From Camelus ferus (taxonomy: Eukaryota): 64,000 nucleotides of DNA. The position numbers and the translations under genes are program-made. Location: contig NC_045696.1 of the NCBI RefSeq assembly GCF_009834535.1, positions 121,212,001 through 121,276,000 on the forward strand, given 5' to 3'. Position 1 is the first letter of the stretch. Each line of letters opens with the position of its first letter. The notes under the pieces are model-generated. The model was given only the letters and a program-made list of their open reading frames with translations, was not told the DNA's origin and searched no databases. Below, piece by piece: positions 13,791-26,836 of this stretch.

Positions 13791-15114
13791 CGAGCCCAGG
13801 TCCCTTTGGATCCTGCTTTATGTCACTTGCACAGACATACACTTGCGGTGTATGTACTTGGTGAGCATCCCCAAACTCCTCACTCTCTTCCCCACGTTGC
13901 TCTCCTGATGGATCTCCCCAACCCTCAAGCCACAGAAGCCCACTGAGATAGTTCACACAGACCAGCCTCCACTGAGAGCAGGGTGGACAGTGGAGAGGGT
14001 CTGGGGAAACAGGTGCAAGGCATCCAGCACAAGTGGAGAAACTTAGACTTTAAAGAAATGAACCAAACTTAGAATTAACTCCTATAAGTCTTCAGGGGCA
14101 AATCAACAAAGCTCTGAGTTTAGACAGGACGTGGGCAGACCCCTTGGAGATTAAAGTGAAGGGCAAGCCTCTGTCTAGGGAGACCCCTTATCTCATCCCC
14201 TCGGGAACCCCCTTCCAGTCCTCTGGGTACCACCATCCTGAGTCCCAGTAACACATGGGTTTTGTCTACGCTCTTGGGCTCAAACCTAAAAACGTTAAGC
14301 CCATCTTCCTTGCCTTCCTCACATGACTGAGCTGGTCTAGGGAGCCAAACAGGGCTGAGTTTCCCGAATACACGTCTGTAACGTGAGGAACAAGAGCACA
14401 CGAACTCGATTCCCCTCTTGTTTACACCTGCGTTGCTCTCCCGCAGGCTTCGCAGACCTCTCCCTTGCCATCTGTGTGTTCTCTTTCTGGAGGTCCCACC
14501 TGCCCAAACCCGGGAGGACTGTGAACAGGAAGCCACTGAAAAGCAAGGGGCTCCAGGGCAGATGGACTCACAGCACTGGCCACACAGGCCCTTTAGAAAG
14601 ACCCAGCCCACCCCCCCAAATACACGTGAGGGGTGTGTAAATCCCATGGGTTCACAGATTCCATGTCGGAGATGATCCTGAATCCACCCAGTGAGTCCAG
14701 ACACTCAGTCTGTTCCTCAACCTTGAGGGCTTGGTTCTCCATTTCTTGGAAGTCACCTTCTCACTGCCTGACAAACCACCTGGATGGCTGACTCCTGGCA
14801 TTGACCACTGGGCATGGCACTGATGCTTGTGTTCCGGCCACAGGGACACAACCAAGACACCTGCAGCGGTGCAGTGGGACCTACTTGCACGGGTCACCTG
14901 CTGCCCGGCCTGCTCACCAGGGGGTGGGACCTGGCCACCTGCCTGTGGCCTCAGCCTCCTATGGTTACTGAAAGAATGGGAAGCATTAGGACGGTCCTTA
15001 AATCACCTGCGGTTCAGTGGCATGAACTTCCTGATGTGACACTGAAAGCCACACTCACTGGGGAAGACAGAAGCATGACCTCATTCTCAAAACGTGTGAC
15101 TGGTCGATCTGTCA

Positions 15115-15342
<228 letters not shown>

Positions 15343-15722
15343 CTAGGAGAAGGAGCGGAGAAGAGCTGTGGGAGAGGGACGGGTCCGCTGATTTTGTTCC
15401 ACTAAAGGAGAGAGAGAAAGCAGGGCTGACAGCAGGTGGCCGGGAAGGCTGCCACTACCAGCCCCTACTCCCCTCCTCTCTGGGTTTATGCACAATTCTA
15501 ATGAGCCTCTGCCTCTGGGGGAGGCTGACACCGTGTTTTCAAGGGTCACCTCTGGTTTACCATGAGTCAAGTTTTGCACTTGGCTCCAGTCTTGCTCCCC
15601 GTGTCCTGGTCCCAGTTCTGGGAATATTCTTAACACCACAGGGATCTAGACTGGCAGCTTCAAATGACTGTGACCTGAGAAGGCCTTCACTGCCCGCTGC
15701 CAGTTACTGAGATTCCTCCCAT

Positions 15723-16030
15723 GCCATGAACAGCAGTGATGGACATTTATTGAGCGCTGACAGTTTGCCATGAACAGCAGTGATGGACATTTACTGAGCG
15801 CTGACAGTTTGCCACGGACAGCAGTGATGGACATTTACTGAGCGCTGACTGTATGCCACGAACAGCAGTGATGGACATTTACTGAGCGCTGACTGTATGC
15901 CATGAACAGCAGTGATGGACATTTACTGAGCGCTGACTGTATGCCACGAACAGCAGTGATGGACATTTACTGAGCGCTGACAGTTTGCCATGAACAGCAG
16001 TGATGGACATTTACTGAGCGCTGACTGTAT
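15723..16030. repeat. Minisatellite, 7 tandem copies of a 44-bp unit (gccaygaacagcagtgatggacatttactgagcgctgacwgtwt)
   Basis: Units start at 15723, 15767, 15811, 15855, 15899, 15943 and 15987, exactly 44 bp apart. Confidence 0.97.
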
Positions 16031-16190
16031 GCTGGGCACTTAACACCCATTAGTTCACTCAGTTCTTAGGACAAGCTTATGAAGGAGATACTATCATTCT
16101 CACTGTGCCCATATTATAGATGAGGACACTGATGGTGGAGGTGGGACTCAAATGATGGCCGTCTAGACTGCAGAGTCCATCCTTCTGACC
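16005..16190 (-). mobile_element. MIR SINE
   Basis: atttactgagcgctgactgtatgctgggcact...cccatattatagatgaggacactga resembles the reverse MIR core. Confidence 0.75.
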
Positions 16191-16387
16191 TCCAGGCTGG
16201 AAGCCAGTGCAGCCCGTTTCTGCCCAGCCACCAGCGTCTGAGCTCTCGTGTGCCTGACTGATGTCTAGTCTTACTCTGCTTCTTGATGGTTCTGCTGCTT
16301 GATTCTTGGTGACGTTCACCTACTCACTTGCTCCACAAGGACTTATTGAGTCCCAGACGTGCACCTAGCATTTAGTGATGAGAGGTG

Positions 16388-16540
16388 TTTTATGTTTTTT
16401 TATACTTTATTTTGAGGAGCAGGTAATTAGGTTATTTATTAATTTATTTGTACTTTTTTTTTTAAACGAGGGACTGGGGATTGAACCTAGGACCTTGTGC
16501 ACGCTAAGCACGCGCTCTACCCCTGAGCTATATCCTCCCC
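16388..16540 (-). mobile_element. tRNA-derived SINE (Vic-1-like)
   Basis: gggactggggattgaacctaggaccttgtgcacgctaagcacgcgctctacccctgagctata; no TSD of its own evident. Confidence 0.9.
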
Positions 16541-16700
16541 TCTCACTTCTACATCTTAAACAAGGGATTTCTCCCCTGGCTTTCTGATTTTTATTTTTAA
16601 AAAAAACCCTGTCTCCTTGACACTCTCTCCTTCTGTCCACACAGCCCGAAGTCTTCCTCCCGGATGGCCCTGGCTCCGCCCTCCTGGAAGACAGGGGCTA

Positions 16701-17160
<460 letters not shown>

Positions 17161-18162
17161 TGACAGGGCCAAATCAAGCCGCAGAGGGAAGTTCTCTGGA
17201 GACACACTGCTAAGGAACCCAAATCTGAGCCTCAGTGCCTGGGAACTGACTTAGGAGGGAGGAAAACTGAGGACCGTTGAATACTGGCTACAGGAAGTTG
17301 GTGGGGTAACGATGGGTTAGCATAGAACTTCGCAGAAAACTGAACATTCGAATGGACTGATAGTTGTCACAACGGATCTGCAAAGGGGCTCCCATGAGGG
17401 ACAGACTCAGAACCGCAGAAGGTGCAGGGACTGAGGAGGCAGCTAGGGGCTATAAGGGTCCCCTAGGGGAACAGATCCCAACCCTCCAACCTCTAGTCTC
17501 CACAGGACAAAGCCAACTGCACCTGACCGCTGACAAAGTCAAGCATCAAGAGTCACTGAACCCTCCTGCCCACCATCCTGGGGGAGCTGGTCCTGGGGTT
17601 CTCACCAGCAGACAAATTTCATTCCCCGACAATTAGAAGTGTCTGGAAATGAAGCCGTCTCCGAGGCAGATGTGAGTGGCTGATACAACACGGGCCTCAA
17701 TGACCCACCCCTCCCAGCGTCCTGCATCTGTGTGGGTCCCTCTCCCATTGACGGGGAGCTTGGTCAGGTGAGTTGTTTTGACCGACAGGACATCAGCCCA
17801 GTGATACAAGCAGAGACTTGAGAAGTGCCTGTCCGTTGGGGCCTGCCCTCCTTGGGCTGCTGGGAAGTTTCCAGCACTGTGTACAGAGGCTTTGGCTGCT
17901 CTCCTGGAGAAGAGAGAGCCTGTGGAGGACTGTCCCAGCCGGCCCAGCCGCTGAGGCACAGACGCCCCAGTGAGTTCGGGGGGTCCCACGGGGAGCAGAG
18001 AGCTGCCTTCCTGGGTGAACTCAGCCCGGATGCCAACCACTTGTCTCACCTCCTGACAGCCTGCGTCAGTCTCTCATGCCGACGACTGATTATTGACCCC
18101 GTAGCCAGGGTCATCTCTAAAACAATGAAAACCTCCATGTCATTCTCCAGCCTAGACCCCTT

Positions 18163-18372
18163 GGCAGCACTGTCCCATGGAACTTTCTGCAGTGATGGGG
18201 AGATTCTGTATCTGCACTAACCGGCGTGTAAGCCACCAGCCACGATGTCCCTGATGTGTGTGCGTGTGTGACTGCGGAACTGAAATTTTAACTTAATTTA
18301 ACTTCAACTTATTACAATTAAAAATTTAAAAGGTGCATGGAGCTGGCGGCTACTATATTGGAGAGCACAGCT
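18163..18372. mobile_element. MER3-like hAT-Charlie MITE
   Basis: cagcactgtcccatggaactttctgcagtgatgg...ggctactatattggagagcacag. Confidence 0.75.
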
Positions 18373-18399
18373 CTCGTGCACTTTCAATACACATATAAG

Positions 18400-18850
18400 A
18401 AAATCCAAACTCCTTTCTCTGAGCTCTGAGAATCTGTCTTCCTGGCCTTGGCCTCTGTCTTCGACATCTCATGCCCAGTGCCCTCGCCCTCTCTGCTCCA
18501 GATACACTGATTCCTTCCAGATCCTCAACCACAAGAGGTTCCTTCCTGGCTCAGCATTTTGCAATGCTGTTCCCTCTGCCTGAAATGCTTTTCCCTTGCT
18601 TGTTACACGGAAGCTTTTTTCCTTCTTTAACGGCCCTCAACTTAAATGTCACCTTTTCAGGATATCTCTTCTACATCACAACTTTATAACAAAATTGGAT
18701 GAGGTTTTTATAGCATTTGTCCCAAGGTGTAATGGCATTTTGAATTTTGATCTTTTGTTTACTTGATTCATATTTATGTTTTACTCTAATGCACAGTCGT
18801 GTCACATCTAGAGCCTGACACTTAGGACGGGCTCCTCAGTAAACATCAGT
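18400..18850 (+). mobile_element. L2 3' region
   Basis: tgcaatgctgttccctctgcctgaaatgcttttcc, cttaaatgtcaccttttcag, tagagcctgacacttag. Confidence 0.65.
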
Positions 18851-19129
18851 AGGATCAACGGATCCTAGAACAGTTCCCACAGTGCAGATGTGCCAAAATA
18901 GGGACTGAGTGGTTGCACTAAAAGCTTTCTGGAATCTCAGTGATACTGAAAAGCACAGTAGTATGTGATTCATTTCCTCCATGGGACTTAAAGACTCATT
19001 TCTGTTTGTATGAAAGCATCAGACTTCGGTGTTGTTTTGTTGTGATGTATGCTATAATTTCACTTTCAGTCTCTTCCTAGCATTCTAAAGACAAAGTGCT
19101 TCTCATGTTTATTGATTTGGCTATTTCTT

Positions 19130-20003
19130 TTCATTGATTGATTGATTGGTGTATAGTTGATTTACAATGCTGTGTTAGTTTCTGGTGTGCAGCAGACTGA
19201 TTCAGTTGTACATATATACAATATTGTTTTTCATATTGTTTTTCATTATATGTTTCTACAAGGTATTGAATATAGTTCCCTGTGCTATACAGTAGGACCT
19301 TGTTGTTTATCTATTTCATATATAATAGTGTATATCTGCAAATCCTGAACTCCCAATTTATCCCTCCCCTCCTTGCCCTTTTGGTAACCATGTTTGTTTT
19401 CTATATCTGTGAGTCTGTTTCTATTTTGTAAATAAGTCCTTTTGTGTCATTTTTAAAGATTCTAGATATAAGTGATATCATACGGTATTTGTCTTTTTCT
19501 GTCTGACTGACTTCACTTAGTGTGATAATCTCTAAGTCCATTCATGTTGCTGCAAATGTCATTATTTCATTCTTTTTTATGGCTAATATTCCATTGTATA
19601 AATAGACCACAACTTCTTTATTCAGTCATCTGTTGATGGACATTTAGGTTGTTTCCATGTCTTGGCTATTGTAAATAGTGCTGCTATGAACATTGAGGTT
19701 CAGGTGTCTTTTTGAATTAGAGTTCCCTCTGGATATATGCCCAGGAGTGGGATTGCTGGATCATTCAGTAAGTCTATTTTTAGTTTTTTGAGGAATCTCC
19801 ATACTGTTTTCCATAACATCTGCACCAAACTACATTCTCACCAGCAGTGTAGAAGGGTTCCCTTTTCTCCACACCCTCTCCAGAATTTATTGTTTGTGGA
19901 CTTTTTAATGATGGCCATCCTGACCGATGTGAGGTGATACCTCATTGTAGTTTTGATTAGCATTTCCTCAATAATTAGCCATATTGAGGATCTATTCACA
20001 TGT
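19130..20003 (-). mobile_element. 5'-truncated L1 (3' UTR plus ORF2 end)
   Basis: Reverse L1 motifs (ttgaatatagttccctgtgctatacagtagg, atatgcccaggagtgggattgctgga, gtgaggtgatacctcattg). Confidence 0.93.
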
Positions 20004-20599
20004 GATTTGATTGTTTCTATTTGCAGAGGTGATCAAAACAAACTCTTTAGAGCCCTAGTGGGTGGCACTGATAACCGTCATTGATTTATAAGCTCAAGAG
20101 AGCCTGGTCCCATGTGTTCCATGAAGCAACAACTTCTCTGCCTGTATTCCTGGTTATTTGGGAAGTGACTTTATTTGCAGTTTAGTGTTGGCTTTAGTTG
20201 TCACCCTGACGCCCTGCATGCCTGCTCGTGGGTGGAGGTCTCTGTGCATGTGACACTCCCTCGCGATGCTAGGTATATCACAGAGCATCCACAGCAGGTT
20301 CTGTGGGAGCTGTGCAGAAAGCTGTCCTTGAGTTTTCAGGCCAATAGGAGGGATTCAACAAATGGTCTGATTCAGATTAAGCTTCTAATTGTAAAGAATG
20401 TTAGTTTATTTCCATCCAGTCTGGTTGTATCTGGACTTACATCTGAGAGGAGAGGCTTGAAAGATGAGTTGGGACACCTTCTCTAAGAAGCACTTCTGAG
20501 CAGGCCAGACACAGCGTCCAATCTCTAAGGGAAAAGGTCTTTCTCTGCTGTCACTCCCTTCTGCTCCCCAGGGACAGTGGTCCCCAGGGTAAGAATGGT

Positions 20600-21070
20600 G
20601 GGCATCTTGGTTTGAATTCTTCCTGAAGGTAAGGATTTAAGTGCAAGCAATTCATCTGGGAGGGAAGGGAACACCAGGAGGTGACAACCAAGAAGTGAGG
20701 CACTGAGACAGGGAGGCAACCCAAGGGGGGGGACACCATCAGGTCAGGTACCCCTGTGGGCTGATCCCCGCCAGGCAAGTCTGGGAAACTGCACAGAACA
20801 ACCCCTCAAAGTTCTGCTGCCTGGAGGGGAAGACAGCTGGGGTATTTCTATCCCAACTCCCGTTAGTTATTCTGCGGGCTGCTCCCTGAGATGGGCTACA
20901 TCTCCCTGCACACGTCCAGCCTGCCGCAGGCATGGGCAGGGCAGGCTCCAGCAGCCAGAGAGAGCCCTCGGGCAAAGAGGTTCAGGGTCTGGAGCTGAAG
21001 GTGGGCAGGTGAGCCCTGAATAGGTAAGAGCAGATGGTGCATGGTTAGGGTCCAGACAACCACAACTGAC
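20600..21070 (-). mobile_element. ERVL solo LTR (LTR16/LTR33-like)
   Basis: aaggatttaagtgcaagcaattcatctgggagg...gagacagggagg...gctggggtatttctatcccaactcccg resembles recalled ERVL LTR16. Confidence 0.6.
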
Positions 21071-21703
21071 TAACATACGTACCAAACTACGTGTGTACGT
21101 ACGTGAAAGAGGAACGGAGGAGGTGCAGGTGCTGGGGTGATGTGGTGACACCCCTACTGCTCCTGTGGTATGTGGTCGTGTTTGGGTCTCTGTCTTGGTA
21201 ACAAGAGCGTTAAAGAGCGAAATCGTGGAACTCGATGACACCTTGGTGCCCAAAATGAAAATTTAGAGGACCCGAATCACTTGTCCCCAGCACTAACTGT
21301 GTAAAATTAACGTCACCAGCTCATGGAAATGTGGAGCCTGAGAGACTGTTACTACTAGGGCAACAGTACCAGCAGGTGTTTGGGAATGCTCACTCTGCGC
21401 TGGGCGCCCTGCTGGGTGCACACTGTGGATGGCTGCAGTGACTTGTCCCAGAATTCCACGAGGCAGCTACAGTTAGCACAGAGAGGCTGTCACTTGTCCG
21501 AGGCCACACAGCTGAAGGAAATTAGAAGTACTCTCATGTGGCCTCTCCATTTAGCCAACGGAGAGACTGCTCCATGCCTGGGCAGTGTCTTGTCCAAGGT
21601 CATACCAGGCGCTGGGGGTGGGGCTCGCACTAGAATCAGGGCGTGCCAGTCCCACCAGGCCCCCTCTTCCCACATTTCACCACGAGTCAGTGCCTCCCCT
21701 CTA

Positions 21704-21895
<192 letters not shown>

Positions 21896-22690
21896 TTATA
21901 TAATGAAGAACGCACCGCAGCCAAGGCAATGTGAACTTCCCGAGGCAGCGCTGATGAAAGATGCTGGGTTCAGACCGAAGCCCAGCAGTCCAGGGTTGTG
22001 GCTCGTGGGAAGCAGTGCATCGCTGGTTCCGGCTGGCTGTACTCAGCCTCTCTGCCAGGATCTCCAAGCAGCCCTGGGATGCGGCAGTGACTAATACTTT
22101 GCCCGTTTTCCCAGTAAGGCCAGTGAGACCAAAAGAGATAAAGGGACCATCGTGAGAATGAAAACTCTGGGATTTGAAGGCAGGTGTCCTGACTTCGGTT
22201 CCAGCATTCTTTCCCCGGAGCAGAGAGCCCCTGTGGTTCACAGCTGGGACCGGGGGCCAGGGTCCCTGCCTGTAGCTTCCACAGTGGCCGCTTACGTTCA
22301 GTGATCTGACCATGTGAATCACATTTTCTGTTTCTTTCTTTTTTCCCCAAAGTAATGCTAACAAGAATGAGTAAGAGGGCAAAAAAAGTGAGATCTTTCA
22401 TCATACGCATATGAGAAAAGGGCGGAAAACGGAGACAGGCGAGTCACTTGGGTGAAAAGTAGGCATCCATCACACTTAAGATGCAACCGTTCACGTCCAG
22501 TGAGAGGGCTCCGTCTAACAGCACTCCGGCTAACTTCTGGGCTCGAAAGTAGCACTCTGCACAGTGACACAGTTTAAATCAGCAGCCACCCTTGATCACA
22601 CGCCCTTAGATGAAGAGGGAGTCCCCCAGTTTTTTCTAGGGTAGAGTTTGGAATAGGGTCTCAACACTTCAGATCTCACTTCTACATCTT

Positions 22691-22860
22691 TGATTTTTTT
22701 AAAAATAAAATTGAACCTTAAATTCTTTTTTAAAGCTTTTCTTTTGGGGGAGAGGTAGGTAACTAAATTTGTTTATTTATTTAATGGAGGTACTGAGGAT
22801 TGAACCCAGGACCTCGTGCATGCTAGGAACGCGCTCTACCCCTGAGCTATACCCTCGCCG
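22691..22860 (-). mobile_element. tRNA-derived SINE (Vic-1-like) with 16-bp TSD
   Basis: SINE body at 22787-22858. TSD ctcacttctacatctt (22675-22690) / ctcactgctacacctt (22861-22876). Confidence 0.9.
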
Positions 22861-24369
22861 CTCACTGCTACACCTTAACAGGGATCTGCAGCCAGGAAAC
22901 CCCAGATCTCAGATAAGATGGAGGCAGCAAAGGGGACTTTTACTCGGAGGTTGTCTCTGGAATTTGAGGGCTTAAGGGGCAGCTTGGTTCTTCCTCAGGA
23001 TGGAGACCCTACTAGCCAGTCCTGCCTGCCAAGCCTGCTTGTAAATCTTTTTTCAGATTCTGTAGGATGCTGCGCAGACCTCAAATGAAGTGTGTCCAAA
23101 ACAAAACCTAATCCCCCCACCCCAGGTTGATCCTTCTCTTTTATTTTCTGTCACAGTGAACCATATCAACACTTATCCAGGTGGAAACATCGTTCAGTAT
23201 GTGCTAGTGAATATCACAGGTGAGCACCGGCCCGCTGATCCGCATGTTCCCATACGCAGAGTTTTTCACTCTATGTGCTGGCCCCTCCACACTGACCCTG
23301 ACTGTCACAGTCATTCCCTGGAGCCAGAAACGAAAGCTTGCCTGGCCTGGACACAGAAGGAGGAGGAGGCGCGTCCCTGCCTTCCAGGCTTAGCACTGTG
23401 TCCAACAGCAATCACCGCCTTGGGACACCTGAGTCTGACTCTCCGATACGCACTCATTATTCTACCTTGGAGAGAGCAAATAAGAAGGCAAAGGGGCAGA
23501 AACCGGCAAAAGAAAAGACGTGGAAGCAGCCTTTCGAACACTCTTTTGTGCTTCATTGTATTTCTTTTTAACTCTTTCTCCCCCACACGTGCAGCAGAAT
23601 ATAGAAAAAGCAAAAGGGACTGTTCGGGGTCTTTTAGCTTGTCACATATGTGTACGAAAACCACCTATCACTTCTCAGATTTCCCATCATGCTTTAGTTG
23701 GTTACTGCCCTCCTTCCTCCTGCCACTATCACACCCAGGACATCTGCTGTCCCTGGGACAGACCCCCCCCTGGCTGGAGGAGGACTCAGACTCCGGCATG
23801 GCCTCCCGGGGTGGGCACCGCTGCTCACATGGGGCCTCACCTCTCCAATCGGTGGCATTTTTCATAATAGAATTGCAGAATTCTGTTCTGATCTTTCTCA
23901 GGAGGGATCCCAAAAGAAGGAAGAAAGTGAGGCAGACAAATAAAAACAGTCTTCCCCATTCCCCCTGCCATGAAGCTGGCTTCTGTCTGCTCTGATGAAG
24001 CTGGCAGAGGAACATATCGTGGTGAAAAGTAAACAGATCAACTGCCCTGCAGAAGCACCAAGGCAGAGGCAGGGTTCTCAGTGCAAATCAGACAGGAAGC
24101 CTTGACAGATGAGGGAGAGTGGCAGCTTGGGAAACATCTACAAGCCAGGAAGCTGGTACAGCTCACAGTGGAGTTTGGGTGTATACTCTTAACATGTCCG
24201 AGCTCGACAGATGGCCTTGTCAACTCCCTCATTTTATGGAGAAGGAAATTGATGGAAGAGAAGTGACATGGCTTCTGTGAGTTCACCCAGGGCAGGGCTG
24301 CGACTAAAACCCAGGTTTCCTGACCACTTAATTTCATCACCACCACAAAACAGTGCAAATTGTAATAAT

Positions 24370-24530
24370 TACAACATACACAGGGCTTACTATGTACCAG
24401 ACATTGTCCTGAGTACTTTATACACAGACACACACACTCACTTAATCCCCAGAATAATTTATCTTGCTCATTTTACACGAGGAAACTGAGGCACAGAGAG
24501 GTGAAGTAAGTTTCTCAAGACCACACAGCG
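24370..24530 (-). mobile_element. MIR SINE
   Basis: cttactatgtaccagacattg...cattttacacgaggaaactgaggcacagagaggtgaagtaa. Confidence 0.8.
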
Positions 24531-25140
24531 AACCAGAGGTGATCTTTGAAGTAAAAGAAGTTACACTTCATAGCTTGTCCTAACCAATCATCTTTTATGA
24601 GCCCAGGCCATTTGTGTTTATTGTCTTTAATCCTGTACAATAACCCTGAAATGACAAAATTCTCCTTACCAGTCACAGGAAACTGCCATTCACAGCTATG
24701 ACTCACAGTCTTAGAGAGGTTAAGTGACTTCACTAGACATCTAGACAATGACAAAGATGGATTTGAATGCAGGTGTCTGGTGTCATGGCTGCTAAGTTTT
24801 CCGCTGTGCCACGCTGCCTCTTAAGGGAAGCAGAAATTCACAATCGGGCTCCTTAGTCTGCTCTATGCAAGAAGCACTGTTCTTTGATTAATAGACCACC
24901 GGGGCCCTCTGGGGCTCAGGGAACCCACCAAGCACACAGAGAAGCTGCTCACTGTTCCCACGTAAGAGGATGCAAAGGTAGCAGAATGAGGGTTTCCCCT
25001 GCGTCCTCAGCTCCATCTGTGGAATGCGTGGGTAGGTGTGTACTGAGAGGTCGGGCTACTCCATCCTACCTTTACTTTACTTTTGCACTGAACCCATTAG
25101 AAGACAGGTGCTATCCCAACTTACCACTCACTCGCCTGTT

Positions 25141-25278
25141 TGCGATGGTCAGTTTTATGTGTCAACTTGGTAGGTTTATGTCCCCAAGTATTTAATCAAA
25201 CATTTATCTAGTTGTTGCAACAAAAGTATTTTATAGACATGATTAATCAGTTTAGAATCAGCTAACCTTAAAGTAAGG
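25141..25278 (+). mobile_element. MLT2-like ERVL LTR 5' portion
   Basis: tgcgatggtcagttttatgtgtcaacttgg resembles the MLT2 start TGTGATGGTTAATTTTATGTGTCAACTTG; truncated by L1. Confidence 0.7.
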
Positions 25279-25386
25279 ATTTTGTGGATCCATGAATTTA
25301 GGATTTTTTTTTCTATTTCTGTAAAAAATGCCATTGGGATATTCATGGAGATCACACCAAATCTTGAGGGTACTATGGATATTTTT

Positions 25387-25489
25387 TTTAATTGAGGTTT
25401 AGTCGGTTTACAATGTTGTGTCAATTTCTGGTGTACAGCACACCGCTTCAGTCATACATTAATATACATATATTCATTTTCACAATATT
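25387..25489 (-). mobile_element. Short young-type L1 3' end
   Basis: ttaattgaggtttagtcggtttacaatgttgtgtcaatttctggtgtacagca, same family as the L1 ends at 36061 and 57316. Confidence 0.85.
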
Positions 25490-25619
25490 TTTTTACTTTT
25501 TTGTGGGGATAATAAGGTTTATTTATTTTATTTATTTTTGGAAGAGGCACTGGGGATTGAACCCAGGACCTCGTGCATGCTAAGCATGAGCTCTACCACT
25601 TGAGCTATACCCTCCCCCC
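25490..25619 (-). mobile_element. tRNA-derived SINE (Vic-1-like)
   Basis: ctggggattgaacccaggacctcgtgcatgctaagcatgagctctaccacttgagctataccctcccccc. Confidence 0.92.
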
Positions 25620-25799
25620 AGGTATTTTTAACAATATTAAGTCTGCCAATCCATAAACATGGGATGTCTTTCCGTCTCTATGTGTCTGTTACTTTCCTTC
25701 ATCAGAGCTTTGTAGGTTTCAGTGCTTAGTCTTTCACCTCTGTAGCTAAGTTTACTCCTAAATCTTTTGTCCTTTTTGATGCTATTACAAATGTGATTT

Positions 25800-26293
25800 T
25801 TTTTCGTTTTTTGTTGAGATACAATTGACATATAATATTTTGTAAGTTTAAGGTGTACAACGTACTGACTTAACACATTTACATATTGTAATATGCTTAC
25901 CACAGTAGCCTTAGCTAACACCTCCATCAGGTCACAGAACCGTCATTTCTCTCATGTGGTGACAGCATTTAAGGTCTAGTCTCTTACCAGCTTTGAAGTA
26001 GATAACACAATACTGTTGACTATAATCACAATGCTGTGCATCAGATCTCCAGAACATACTCATCTTCCACTGCAAGTTTGTACCTTTTGACCAACATCTC
26101 CCCAGTCCTCTCCTCCTCCCCAAACTCTGGTAATCACCATTCCACTCTCTGCTTCTATTTTGGCTTTTTAAGATTCCACATATTTGTCATTCTCTTTCTG
26201 ATTTATCTCACCTAGCATAATGCCCTCAAGGCACATCCATATTGTAGCAAATGTCAGGATGTCCTCCTTTCTCACAACTGAATAATATTTTAT

Positions 26294-26327
<34 letters not shown>

Positions 26328-26375
26328 CACATACATACATACATACATACATACACACACATACCACATCTTGAT
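25800..26375 (-). mobile_element. L1MA-like 3' end nested in the older L1, with compound (TG)/(TA)/(TACA) microsatellite at 26294-26361
   Basis: aattgacatataatattttgtaagtttaaggtgtacaa...atcagatctccagaac; ORF2 resumes on both sides. Confidence 0.8.
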
Positions 26376-26836
26376 CCATTTGGGATTGTTTTCTTAATTT
26401 CTTTTTTGGATGGATTATTATTAGTGCAGAAACACAACTGACTTTTACATGTTAATCTTGTATCCTGCAACTTTACTGAATTCATTTGTTATTTTGACAG
26501 TTTTTTTTTTTTTTTGTGGAGTCTATAAGGTTTTCTACAAATAGGATTATATAATCTCAAAACAGAAATAATTTTACTTCTTCCTTTCTTATTTGGATTT
26601 CTTTTTCTGGCCTAATTGCTCTGGTTAGGACTTTCAGTACTGTGTTAAAAAGAAGCAAGGAGAGTGGGCATTCTTGTCTTCTTCCTACTCTTAGAGAAAA
26701 AGCTTTAAATTTTTCACCACTAAGATATTGGCTGTGGGCTTGTCATGTATGGCCTTTATTATGTTGAGGTCATCCCTTCTCTACCTAGTTCGTTGAGCAT
26801 TTTTATCATGAAAGGGGGTTGAATTTTTGTCAATGT

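Larger units (their letters stand above)
25279..26836 (-). mobile_element. Old L1 ORF2 (RT region), inverted segment interrupted by younger insertions
   Basis: Decayed ORF2 peptides in the ORF track (IPMAFFTEIEKKIL, 25176..25424; NSVKLQDTRL...KEIKKTIP, 26168..26485). Confidence 0.85.

Noticed and set aside
15723..16030. CRISPR-like array
   Set aside because: Units are contiguous near-identical 44-mers with no unique spacers, there are no cas genes, and the context is a mammalian intron.
25540..25619. tRNA genes (tRNA-Ala-like sequence, here and at five other sites)
   Set aside because: They have AT-rich tails, TSDs in several cases and degenerate stems, so they are SINE heads rather than tRNAs.
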